This document shows positions 1 to 10,576 of a stretch of 64,000 nt of DNA, piece by piece. This DNA comes from Octopus sinensis (lineage: Eukaryota). The first letter of the stretch is position 1, and the number at the start of each line of letters is the position of its first letter. The notes under the pieces were generated by a model. That model was not told the DNA's origin. It worked only from the letters and a program-made list of their open reading frames with translations, and searched no databases. The translations under genes and the position numbers were made by a program. The stretch is from NCBI RefSeq assembly GCF_006345805.1, contig NC_042998.1, positions 39,866,001-39,930,000 on the forward strand. Direction: 5' to 3'.

Positions 1-53
1 CCCATGCTAGCATGGAAAACGGACGTTAAACGATGATGATGATGATGATGATG

Positions 54-137
<84 letters not shown>

Positions 138-277
138 TATGTATAGTATTAAACATCCATCACAGCTGGTCTTACGAATTGGTTTCATGTAAAGAATACA
201 ATGGAGTGTTAGGTAACAAACTAATTATATAACTTTACACTCGTCAAAGTTAGCCGATATGGAAAAGAATATGGTGA

Positions 278-343
278 CTGCTCTCTATTGTCAGAGGTGG
301 ATAGGGCAATCTGCTCTCTATTGTCAGAGGTGGATAGGGCAAT
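278..343. repeat. Perfect 33-bp tandem duplication (ctgctctctattgtcagaggtggatagggcaat x2)
   Basis: Two adjacent identical units at 278-310 and 311-343. Confidence 0.9.
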
Positions 344-558
344 CAATCAGCAGTTGCTGTGAAATAAAAAAGGGACCAGGGATTAGTTTAGGAATTATGT
401 CTCTTGATTGGGTATGCTGTGAAGCCGGCAAGAGTTATCTTGAAGTGGGGAAAGTGTGTATTAGTAATGTGGTGCTCCTGTGGGAATGGGGTATGTGTCA
501 GTGTCATATGTATAATTTGTATATGTTTATGTATATATTTAAAATATGTTTATGTACA

Positions 559-595
<37 letters not shown>

Positions 596-597
<2 letters not shown>

Positions 598-1040
598 AGA
601 TCTGATCAAAGAGTATTGGGACTATTGCTATAAAAAAAACTACAACAATTCGGCATTTAATCTCCTTCAAAGAAGTCCCCTTCTGAAGCTGCATATTTTA
701 TTCCGTGTTATTTCCATTGCTGGAAGCATTCCTGGAATTCCTTTTTTGAGGATAGTGAGCAGCAGCTGCCTGGTCACATTCTTTTGAATTTCCTTGGCAC
801 CTTGAAATCTTGTTTCCTTTCAAGTGGGACTTGAGTTTTCAAATGAGTGGAAAGTTACAAGTAGCAAGATCTGGGGAATATAGTGGTTGTCGGACCTATG
901 GAATGTTATGCTGGGCCAAAAGCTGCTGCAACTGAAAGCAATTTTGGCACAAACTTGACAGACACATATCTCATAACCAAATTTTCAGTGAGATTAGACC
1001 AAACTGAACTGTAACTAATGACCACATCCTCCTACAACAC
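596..1040 (-). mobile_element. Decayed, internally deleted mariner transposase relic
   Basis: Minus-strand fragments read ILTENLVMRYVSVKFVPKLLS (WVPxxL-type motif), QPLYSPDLA (YSPDL motif) and a C-terminal ...FEGD*. A TA followed by a TIR-like caagatctgatcaaagagt lies at ~594. Multiple stops and frameshifts. Confidence 0.7.
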
Positions 1041-1092
1041 CTACACACTGATTTGATGAGACCTCATATATATATGAATGTATATGCATATA

Positions 1093-1645
1093 AAATCAAA
1101 ATCAAATTCGATGACTGGCATCCGTGCTAGTGGGGTGCAAAGAGCACCATACGAGTGTGATCGTTGACAGAGTGGATAACCGGCTTCCGTGCCAGTGGCG
1201 CATAAAAGGCACCATTCGAGTGTGATCGTTACCAGCGTCGCCTTACTGATTCTTGTGCCCGTGCTAGTAGGGTGCCAAGAGCACCATCCGAGCGTGATCG
1301 CTGCCAAAGTGGCTAACTGGCTTCTGTGCCAGTGGCACATAAAAGGGAACCATTCGAGCGTGACCGTTACCAACATCGCCTTATTGGCACCTGTGTCAGT
1401 GGCATGAGTAAAAAGATTTGTGCGAGGTCATTACCAGTATCGTCTGACCGGCCCCCGTGCCGGTGGCACATAAAAAGCACCCACTACACTCTCGGAGTGG
1501 TTGGTGTTAGGAAGGACATCCAGCTGTAGAAACTCTACCAGATCAAGATTGGAGACTGGTGCAACCATCTGGTTCACCAGCCCTCAGTCAAAATCGTCCG
1601 ACCCATGCTAGCATGGAAAGCGGACGTTAAACGATGATGATGATA
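1093..1645 (+). mobile_element. RTE-LINE 3'-UTR-derived repeat (5'-truncated copy or SINE-like derivative) ending in (GAT)n
   Basis: Shares the tail aaaagcacccactacactctcggagtggttgg...cccatgctagcatggaaagcggacgttaaacgatgatgat with the 3' end of the RTE at 2296-4478. Confidence 0.8.
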
Positions 1646-2037
1646 TATATATATAATTGTGTGTGTGTACACACACATGCGCACACACACATGTATGCAT
1701 GCACACACACATGCACACACACACACATGCACACACACACATGTCTGACATTACAGATGCTTTGCATTCCTGAAAATTTTGCTGTAACAAGAAGCTGTGT
1801 AACATGAAACCTATTTTCCCATTGACTTTGATGTTACAAAATGAAATGCATTCCAACGAAATATTTTCAGTGAAATAACTAAAAAAAAAGATACATGGCT
1901 GTGTAGTTAAGAAGCTTACTTTCCAGCCATGTGGCTTTCGGTTCAGTTCCATAACACAGAACCTTAGTCAAGTGCCTTCTACTATGGCTTCAAGCCAACC
2001 ACACCACTGTGAGTGGATGTGATAATGGAAACTGAAA

Positions 2038-2223
2038 GAAGGCAGTTTTACCTTCGAAACACGCATTGAGTCGAAACAGGGGCAGCTGATGAAGGGGAAT
2101 ATTCCTTGTATTGTTTGTCTTGTACTCTGTTTTTTCGTTGTTAAAAAAAGTCCGTTTCCTTGTTTGATTTTATGTTTTCGTTTCTCGTTGTGTTCTACGT
2201 TTATTTGTGGTGTCCTGTACTCA
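2038..2223 (+). mobile_element. Penelope-like terminal remnant with a partial, decayed hammerhead motif
   Basis: A gaagg-N8-ccttc stem is followed by gaaac-acgc-att, which is GAAAC-acgc-GTC after two CpG transitions. A T/G-rich tail abuts (TA)n, and the 5' side is fused to a SINE fragment. Confidence 0.4.
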
Positions 2224-2248
2224 TATATATATATATATATATATATGC

Positions 2249-2295
<47 letters not shown>

Positions 2296-2298
<3 letters not shown>

Positions 2299-4474
2299 TC
2301 ATCATCATCATCATCATTTAGCGTCCGTTTTCCATGCTAGCATGGGTTGGACGGTTCAACTGGGGTCTGGGGAGCCCGAAGGCTGCACCAGGCCAGTCAG
2401 ATCTGGCAGTGTTTCTACAGCTGGATGCCCTTCCTAACGCCAACCACTCCGAGAGTGTAGTGGGTGATTTTATGTGCCACCGACACAGGTGCCAGACGAG
2501 GCTGGCGAACGGCCACGCTCGGATGGTGTTTTTATGTGCCACCGACACAGGTGCCAGACGAGGCTGGCAAACGGCCACGCTCGGATGGTGTTTTTATGTG
2601 CCACCGACACAGGTGCCAGACGAGGCTGGCAGACGGCCACGCTCGGATGGTGTTTTTATGTGCCACCGACACAGGTGCCAGATGAGGCTGGCGGACGGCC
2701 ACGATCGGATGGTGTTTGTTACGTCCCCAAAGCACGGAGGCCAGTCTATGCGGTACTGGCTACGGCCACGTTCGGATGATTTTCTTGTGTGCCACCGGCA
2801 CTGGTACCACAAAGATACAAATTCCATTTATGTTCATCTATTTTGATTTGTTTTGATTTGATTTGATTTTCACTTGCCTCAACAGGTCTTCACAAGTGTC
2901 ACTTGCCTCAACAGGTCTTCACAAGTGTCACAAGAAGGAAGGTATGCACAGGTGGACTGTCTACGTCGCCGGGTCTTCGGATGGTGTCTTTATGTGCCAC
3001 CGACACAGGTGCCAGATGTGGCTGGCGAACGGCCACGATCGGATGGTTTTCTTGTGTGCCACCGGTACTGGAACCACAAAGATACAAATTCCATTGATGT
3101 TCATCTATTTTGATTTGGTTTGATTTTCACTTGCCTCAACAGGTCTTCACAAGTGTCACGCGTGTCACACACTTGCCTCAACAGGTCTCCACAAGTGTCA
3201 CACACTTGCCTCTGCCTCAACAGGTCTTCACAAGTGTCACACACTTGCCTCTGCCTCAACAGGTCTTCACAAGTGTCATAAGAGGGAAGGTATGCACAGG
3301 TGGACTGACTACGTCGCCGGGTCTTTGGATGGTGTTTTTATGTGCCACCGACACAGGTGCCAGGTGAGGCTGGCGAACGGCCACGATCAGATGGTGTTTG
3401 TTGTGCCCACAGCACGGAGGCCAGTCGATGCGGTACCAGCTACGGCCACTTCGGATGGTTTTCTTGTGTGCCACCGGTACTGGAACCACAAAGATACAAA
3501 TTCCATTGATATTCATCTATTTTGATTTGGTTTGATTTTCACTTGCCTCAACAGGTCTTCACAAGTGTCACACACTTGCCTCAACAGGTCTTCACAAGTG
3601 TCATAAGAGGGAAGGTATGCACAGGTGGACTGACTACGTCGCCGGGTCTTCGGATGGTGTCTTATGTGCCACCGGCACAGGTGCCAGATGAGGCTGGCGA
3701 ACGGCCACGATCGGATGGTGTTTGTTGTGCCCACAGCACGGAGGCCAGTCGATGCGGTACTGGTTACGGCCACGTTTGGGTGGTTTTCTTGTGTGCCACC
3801 GGCACTGGTACCACAAAGAATACAATTCCACTGATGTTCATCTATTTTGATTTGTTTTGATTTGATTTGATTTTCACTTGCCTCAACAGGTCTTCATAAG
3901 TGTCACAAGAAGGAAGGTATGCACAGGACTGACTACGTCCCAGGTCGGGGCCACGGGTTATGGCCTGACTAGTCTTGCCGGGTCTTCTCATGCACAGCAT
4001 ACTTCCATAGGTCTCGGTCTCTAGACATTTCCTTAGTGAGACCTAAAGTTCGAAGGTCGTGCTTCACCACCTCGTCCCAGGTTTTCCTGGGTCTACCTCT
4101 TCCACAGGTTCCCTCCACTGCTAGGGTGTAGCACTTTTGCACACAACTATCTTCAGCCTTTCTTGTCACATGACCATACCAGCGCAGCCGTCTCTCTTGC
4201 ACGCCACAACTGACGCTTCTTAGGTTCAGCTTTTCTCTCAAGGAACTTACACTCTGACGATTATGAACACTGACATTACACATCCATCGGAGCATACTGG
4301 CTTCATTTCTTGCGAGCTTACGCATATCCTCAGCAGTCACGGCCCATGTTTCACTACCATGTAGCATGGCTGTACGTACACATGCATCATACAGTCTGCC
4401 TTTTACTCTGAGCGAGAGGCCTTTTGTCACCAGCAGGGGTAAGAGCTCTCTAAACTTTGCCCAGGCTATTCTTA

Positions 4475-4478
<4 letters not shown>
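2296..4478 (-). mobile_element. 5'-truncated RTE-clade non-LTR retrotransposon: ORF C-terminus plus an expanded 3' UTR ending in (GAT)n
   Basis: ORF 3969-4478 reads RVRIAWAKFREL...LHGSETW...QERRLRWYGHV...GRGRPRKTW, typical of the RTE C-terminus. The UTR runs to an (ATC)n tract at 2296, and both ends sit in (TA)n. Confidence 0.9.
2468..3950. repeat. Higher-order tandem array inside the RTE 3' UTR
   Basis: About four ~61-bp units (ttttatgtgccaccgacacaggtgccagacgaggctggc...) at 2468-2720, then about four ~300-350-bp composite units containing variable numbers of cacttgcctcaacaggtcttcacaagtgt subunits. Confidence 0.85.
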
Positions 4479-4511
<33 letters not shown>

Positions 4512-4624
4512 TGTAGGTGTGTACATATATGTATGTATGTATGCATGTTTTATTTATAAAATTGTTATTATATGATTGAACGCCTCGCGTCGATTTCTTT
4601 TTTCTTATTCTCCAAGTAAGTTTT

Positions 4625-4708
<84 letters not shown>

Positions 4709-4830
4709 TATATATAAATATATATATAAATACATACAATCACACAAACACACACACATATATATACATAATATACATATATTTATACACATATACACAT
4801 ATACATACATATATTTATATATACATATGT
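4479..4830. repeat. (TA)n/(CA)n compound microsatellite
   Basis: Read directly from the sequence. Confidence 0.9.
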
Positions 4831-5375
4831 AGTGAAGTGTGATCTTCAAACTTTGGGTCTCACAGAGACAATGACTAGTGACTGATACCTTTGACAATAT
4901 ACTGTGCTTGAGAAGACCTGTCAAGCCAAGTGAAATCGTAGTTGTAGCTGATGCTAGTGTCACGTAACTGGTACCCATGCCAGTGGCACATAAAAAGCAC
5001 TGTTCAAGCATTGGGACTCACAGAAGCAAAGTGGCTGATCCCGGCAGCATGAGAAAAGCTCCATTTGAGTGTTGGGCCTCACAGAGGCAATGACTGAGAC
5101 TTTTGGCATTATGTCGTACTTAAGAAGAAGACCCATGAAGCCAAATAAAATCGCAGTTGTGACAGATACCAGTGTCACTCAAATGGCACCCATGCCAGTG
5201 ACACAAGAAAGCACCCATTACTCTCTTGAAAGTAACGTTAGGAAGGGCATTCAGTCGTAGAAACCATGCCAAATCAGACGGGAGTCTAGTGCAGCATTCC
5301 AGCTTACCAGCCCTGGTCAAACCATCCAACCCATACCAGCATGGACAATGATACTAAATAATGATGATGATGATA
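4830..5375 (+). mobile_element. Older, diverged RTE 3'-end copy ending in (GAT)n
   Basis: ctgtgcttgagaagacc, gccagtggcacataaaaagcac, ttaggaagggcattcag and aacccataccagcatgga...tgatgatgat match the family tail, with CpG loss. Confidence 0.7.
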
Positions 5376-5400
5376 CATGCATACATATACATATAGATAC

Positions 5401-5431
<31 letters not shown>

Positions 5432-5477
5432 TGTATGTATGTATGTATGTATGTATGTATGTATGTATGCATGTATG

Positions 5478-5519
<42 letters not shown>

Positions 5520-5529
5520 TATATATATG

Positions 5530-5607
<78 letters not shown>

Positions 5608-5750
5608 TACATGCATATGTATATTATTACAAATTTGGGATATTTACCAATAGATAAGCAACTATTTCAGGATAACCTCATGGTATGGACGATACACATA
5701 CACACACACATACACACACACATACACACACAGATATATACATATATATA
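5376..5750. repeat. (TGTA)n/(TA)n/(CA)n microsatellite cluster
   Basis: Read directly; source of the YVCM/HTYI pseudo-ORFs. Confidence 0.9.
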
Positions 5751-6103
5751 AGTGACAGGCTTCTTTCAGTTTCTGTCTATCAAATCAACTCACAAGGCTT
5801 TTGTCAGCCAGAGGTTATGGTAGAGGACATTTGCCCAAGGTGTCACACAGTGAGTCTGAACCTGGAACCTTGTGGTCAGGAAGCAAACTTCTTCGCACAC
5901 AAACTTCTTTTTTCTGTGTGGCATCAACTCTGGTGAAGTCTCTACGCAGCTCCTCCAAAAAAGATCTCTTTCAAATGAGTGTGGTTACAATAAAGAGAAT
6001 GGTGGTTTTATGCTAGGAAATGAAAGGTTATATATTGAAAGAATGGGCCAGATCAATATAAGTTTTTTGTTGTAGAGGAGTTTACCTGACTATTCACATT
6101 ATA

Positions 6104-6669
6104 TTGGGTTGTCCGGAAAGTTCATGCCGATTTTTGAAGGAAAGAAAAAGGTCAATAAATACTTGCCATTACATTTTTAATCAACCAAATATGAACCATT
6201 TTGTTGCACAATGTGTCTCCATCTTTCCTTTAACTTGATAATACCCTCTTCCCAGAATTGAGGTGGTTTCATGGCAAAGAATTCATCAAGGTATCTTTTT
6301 ACGTCATCCAAGGAATTGAAATTTTTACCATTAAGACTATTCTGCAGAGACTTGAATAAGTGGAAATCCAAAGGAACAATATCTGGTGAATATGGAGGGT
6401 GGGGTAACACATCCCAGCTGAGCTGCAGCAATTTTTGTCTGGTTCCCAAAGCATCAAGTGCCGAAAATGAACTTTCTTATCTTCCATTTTAAAGGCTTAC
6501 AGAATTAACACAGGTTATAGGAATATAAACCCTCTTCCATGAAAATATAGCTTAAACTGTACTCTAAATGGAGGTGTAGTCAAATCTTATTTTATGGACT
6601 CAACCATTTTCTAAAATAAGTCGAAAGGTAAGCTACAATAAATCAGCACAAACTTTCCAGACAACCAAA
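6104..6669 (-). mobile_element. Internally deleted non-autonomous mariner with both TIRs and a TA target duplication
   Basis: TIRs ttgggttgtccggaaagttcatgccgattt and aaatcagcacaaactttccagacaaccaaa, with TA at 6102-6103 and 6670-6671. The N-terminus MEDKKVHFRHLMLW is joined to the C-terminus WDVLPHPPYSPDIVPLDFHLF...ERWRHIVQQNGSY. Confidence 0.9.
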
Positions 6670-8067
6670 TAGAAGTGGGTGGAAGTAACTGGAGTGGAGC
6701 TGGAAAAAGAGAGGAAATAGTGGTAATAAAGTGTCAAGGTGAACCCTTGAGATACAAGATGAACAGAGGTAAGTAGGGACAGAAGAACAGGGAGTGTAGA
6801 TAGGTAGAGTTTGCAAGAGTGGGGGTGGAGGGGAATATGGGATGCTTAAAGATAGGAACTGGGCCAAGAAGCATCATGAAGGCAATGACAGGTGACTGAG
6901 ACTGTTTGCGATTTGTTGTGCTTGGGAAGACACGTCAAGCTTAGTGAAATCATAGTCATAGTCAGTGCTGGTGACACACAAAAGGAACACATGCCAGTGA
7001 CATGTTAAAGGCACTTGTGTCAGTGGCACATATTAGGCACCCTGTACACTCTGTGGAGTGGTTGGCATTAGGAAAGACATCCAGCTGTAGAAGCCAAGGC
7101 AAAACAGACTGGAGCCTGGTGCAGTTCTCTGAGCTAGTTCCAATCAAACCATCTAACCCATGCCAACATAGAAAATAAACATTAAATGATGATGATGATG
7201 ACGATGACAACGATGGTGATGACAATGGTGATGACGATGACAATGATGACGACAACGGCGATGACAATGATGATGATGATGATTATGAAAAGCAAGGCTT
7301 GAGGAGTATCGATAATAAATATGCATTGGAAAGAAAGTTGAGAAGGTTGGGAAGGACAGGTGATGACTGTTGAGATTGAGTAAGGTTGAAGGGTGGATGC
7401 AGTGAATGGTAGATAGGTAGAAGGAGGGGTGGTTGATGGGACATGGGAGACGTGGGAAAGTGAGGGGAAAGTAGATGATGAAAAGCAAGGAATGGAAGAG
7501 GAGAAGGGTGAGGGTAAGTAACAGCAAGAAAGTTGAGAGTGATGAAATATTAAAATTTGAAGTAAAAATTGAACAAATTTAAAGACTTGGGAGACAAACA
7601 CAAAGACACACATACACAAATGTACATGCACATACACACATGCACAAACACATACACACATATATATATATATACATGACAAGTGTCTACAGTGTTTGTG
7701 TCTACCAAATTCACTCATATGGTATTGATCAGCCTGGGGGCTATACTAAAAGTCACTTGCCCAAAGTACCACACAGTAGAACTGAACTGAAAACTATGTA
7801 ACTGCAAAGCAAGCGTCTTAGTCACACAGATGTGCTTGCATCTGGAATATCCAGTTATCAATATAAACTTAACCTTTAGTGGCAGATTTAATCTATCACT
7901 CAGTTTAACACAACAATATGGCCCTTGATGCCTTTAGAAGACTCCATTCAGCTGCAGGCTTCAAAGTAGGTTTCTGGTTGAAAGATAACTTTATTTCTTC
8001 CTCTTAGCCTATTACACAGGCCCTAAAAGAAGTCAGTGTATATGCTGCCCTTCTTCTCCTGAATTAA

Positions 8068-8553
8068 CCCTTTAGCATTCAGAAGTGTCTGTCAAATATA
8101 ATGCATATTTATTCATCATCATCATTTAGCGTCCGCTTTCCATGCTAGCATGGGTTGGACGGTTCAACTGGGGTCTGGGAAGCCAGAAGGCTGCACCAGG
8201 TCCAGTCTGATCTGGCATTGTTTCTATGGCTGGATGCCCTTCCTAACGCCAACCACTCCGTGAGTGTAGTGGGTGCTTTTTATGTGCCACCCGCACAGGT
8301 GCCAGACAGGGCTGGCAAATGGCCACAGATGGAAGGTGCTTTTTACATGCCACTGGCACGGAGGCCAGTCAGGGCGGCGCTTGTTTGGAATTAATTATGT
8401 CTTATTTCATATTTATGAGATTTCAAAGATATAATTCATTATTTTTAGAATAACATTGTAGGTTGTTAGATATAAGAGGGCAGATCTGGCCAGTTTGAAC
8501 ATAAAATAGGTAGAATATTTGGGCCAGATATGGCCAGTTTAAATGCTAAAGGG
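8068..8553 (+). mobile_element. piggyBac-like MITE (TTAA TSD, CCC...GGG termini) interrupted by an RTE-tail insertion
   Basis: ttaa|ccctttagcatt ... aatgctaaaggg|ttaa. A minus-strand RTE tail occupies ~8113-8380 inside it. Confidence 0.8.
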
Positions 8554-9384
8554 TTAAAAAAAATTACCAATTACATGCCCTTCAAAAACACATCAAACAA
8601 GACTGAACTTAACATAAAATCCCGCAAGATGTTACTTCCTACCGTCGCCAAGAAAACTTATGTGATTTCAAAGTGAGCTTCTTAACTACACACCCATGCA
8701 ACCATAATAGAGAATGACAGCAAAAACTTAGTAAAATCCAAGTAGCAGTTTATATAATATTTAATTAACAACTTAATCAATAAGCCCAGCTGTTACATGA
8801 GCTCAGAGTGGTTGTCAATACAGACAGATTAATTTTAGAATGCATCAATAATTGCACACGTACTAGTAGACATGAACATTATTACTCTTAATCTGGAAAT
8901 AAAGATTCCTAGTTTAAATCTAGTCAGGGACTATGTACAATGCAATAACTATCATTTACAAATGAGCATGACCTAGTAGCATGTAAGCATGCTTTTGCAA
9001 ATTGTTTAACGTGCATGTGCAGTCATAAGTAGATGCAAACACATTCTTGTCTTTCTTGTTGTTGACCTATAAAAACATTGAGAATGTAACAGCTTGTGAG
9101 AGAGAGCTTGCTGTACCAGCACAAGAGATAGTTTTCAGCTGAGTAGGCCGAGGCAATGAGAAATACCTTGTTCAATGACATAATAAGCAACCCTGTCCAA
9201 AAATTGAACTTATGACTTTATACTCATAAACCCAGCACCTTAACCACCATGCCATGTTCTTTACACTAAAGACTAAGTGTATATTCAGAAATGAGATAAG
9301 GAATTAAACCAGGACATTGGCTCTCTGGGGTCTGCATGGTCATAGCCCAATGGCCGAAACAAAATAAAAAGTAAATGTTATTTA

Positions 9385-9690
9385 CCAGGTGGCTGGCTGG
9401 CTTCCTGAAGTTGGTGTTGCAGATCAATATGTTGCTTGCATCACAGAACTCCGGTAGCCTAGTTCCCTCTTTGCTTCAGGAGCCAATTTCATGGCCCCCA
9501 TGAACACCATGGAAGATACCAGGTTGCTGTCCAACATGCCCATTAAAATCTCAAGCCACAAAGATTAGATCATTGTCACTCATCTTTGAGGTAGCCTGCA
9601 GAATATAAAAGTAGTCCTTCTGTTCATTTGGTAGACCCACATGTGGAGTGTAGACAGAGATATTTGGAGCTATACCATTCTGCAACACTA
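9385..9690 (-). mobile_element. RTE-clade APE endonuclease fragment
   Basis: Minus translation LIFVA*DFNGHVG...VHGGHEIGS*SKEGTRLPEFCDASNILICNTNFRKPASHL matches the RTE endonuclease (GDFNGHVG, NTxFxK), with in-frame stops. Confidence 0.8.
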
Positions 9691-10079
9691 CTTCTATGAC
9701 ATTATGTGTGTGTGTGTGTGTGTAAATAAGGATAAGATCATTAATTTAAATATCGATCTTATCAAGTGGCCAGCATGGAAATAAAAACCTTCAAAGGTAA
9801 TAATTATTATTAAAATTATAATTTAGGGTATCTAAGAGATACCACCACGCTGGAAATAGCAGCCAAATCTTGACTATAGAACCACAATTAAATATTCATA
9901 CAGCACCAGGAGAGAAGACAAAAGGACAAAATAAACTAGTAAAAAATTAGTGGATAATTCCAGATCCCGGATTTCTGACTTTGCATAAGAAATGCTTTGC
10001 CTCATCGGTGGAATATACACAGACAGTAACATAAATACACATATATATACATATAACATATGAATACTTACATATACAA

Positions 10080-10560
10080 AGTAGAAAAGTGTCTCAGGGC
10101 CATCAAGAAGACCAAAACACATGTTACTAGTGGAGGAAATAGCATAGTCGTGGTAAGATTTCCAACAGAGGGTGAGGTCGGAAAACACTCTACAACAAAC
10201 CATAAAACGTGAAGCAGTGGTCATCATACCAACCTGCTTTTGTTGCCAGATAGTAACAATAAAGATAGTAGAGATTCCTTCAGAATTAAATATCTACTTA
10301 TTGGTGGAAACTGTCCTCTTTGACACACAATAAAAAATCAATTTTCTTCAAGTCCAAAGACAGCAGGCCAAGGAATGGAGTTATTCATCCAAATACGTCA
10401 TGTAAATATGGAAATTATCTTGGACCTGATTAATCTAACAGACAGCTAACATGGCCATTGAGGGCAGAAAACCAAGGTGTCATTTGGGTGGTAACACAAA
10501 CAATATCAATGCTTTCTGTCCACAGTAAAATATGAGAGAAGCAAGGCCCCTCCACCACTA
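10080..10560 (+). mobile_element. Older degenerate Tx1-type ORF1 fragment
   Basis: Fragments VEKCL..., VVIIPT...IVEIP and IEGRKPRCHLGGNTNNINAFC are colinear with VERCM..., IMLLPT...VEDIP and VEGRRPRCFKCGQKGHVRSEC in the downstream element. Confidence 0.55.
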
Positions 10561-10576
10561 CTTCTATAATCACTAT

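Noticed and set aside
259-787. ORFs of 124 and 127 aa
   Set aside because: Built from a 33-bp duplication, (CA)n and the antisense strand of a mariner relic.
2334-3860. Many overlapping ORFs with repeated CHRHRCQ/VPPTQVPDE motifs; superficially CRISPR-like
   Set aside because: These translate the tandem array in the RTE 3' UTR. Units are contiguous with no unique spacers, and the DNA is eukaryotic.
5304-5751. YIYI/YVCM/HTYI ORFs
   Set aside because: Pure microsatellite translation.
6962-7718. Ser-rich, His/Cys-rich and Ile-rich ORFs
   Set aside because: Derived from the (GAT/GAC)n tail and a purine-rich low-complexity tract.
9387-9596. Apparent minus-strand exon with AG/GT boundaries
   Set aside because: It has in-frame stops and translates to an RTE endonuclease.
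9720-9780. Possible U2 snRNA target remnant upstream of the Tx1 (gatcttatcaagtg)
   Set aside because: Only a few bases match, and there is no U2 continuation at the 3' junction.
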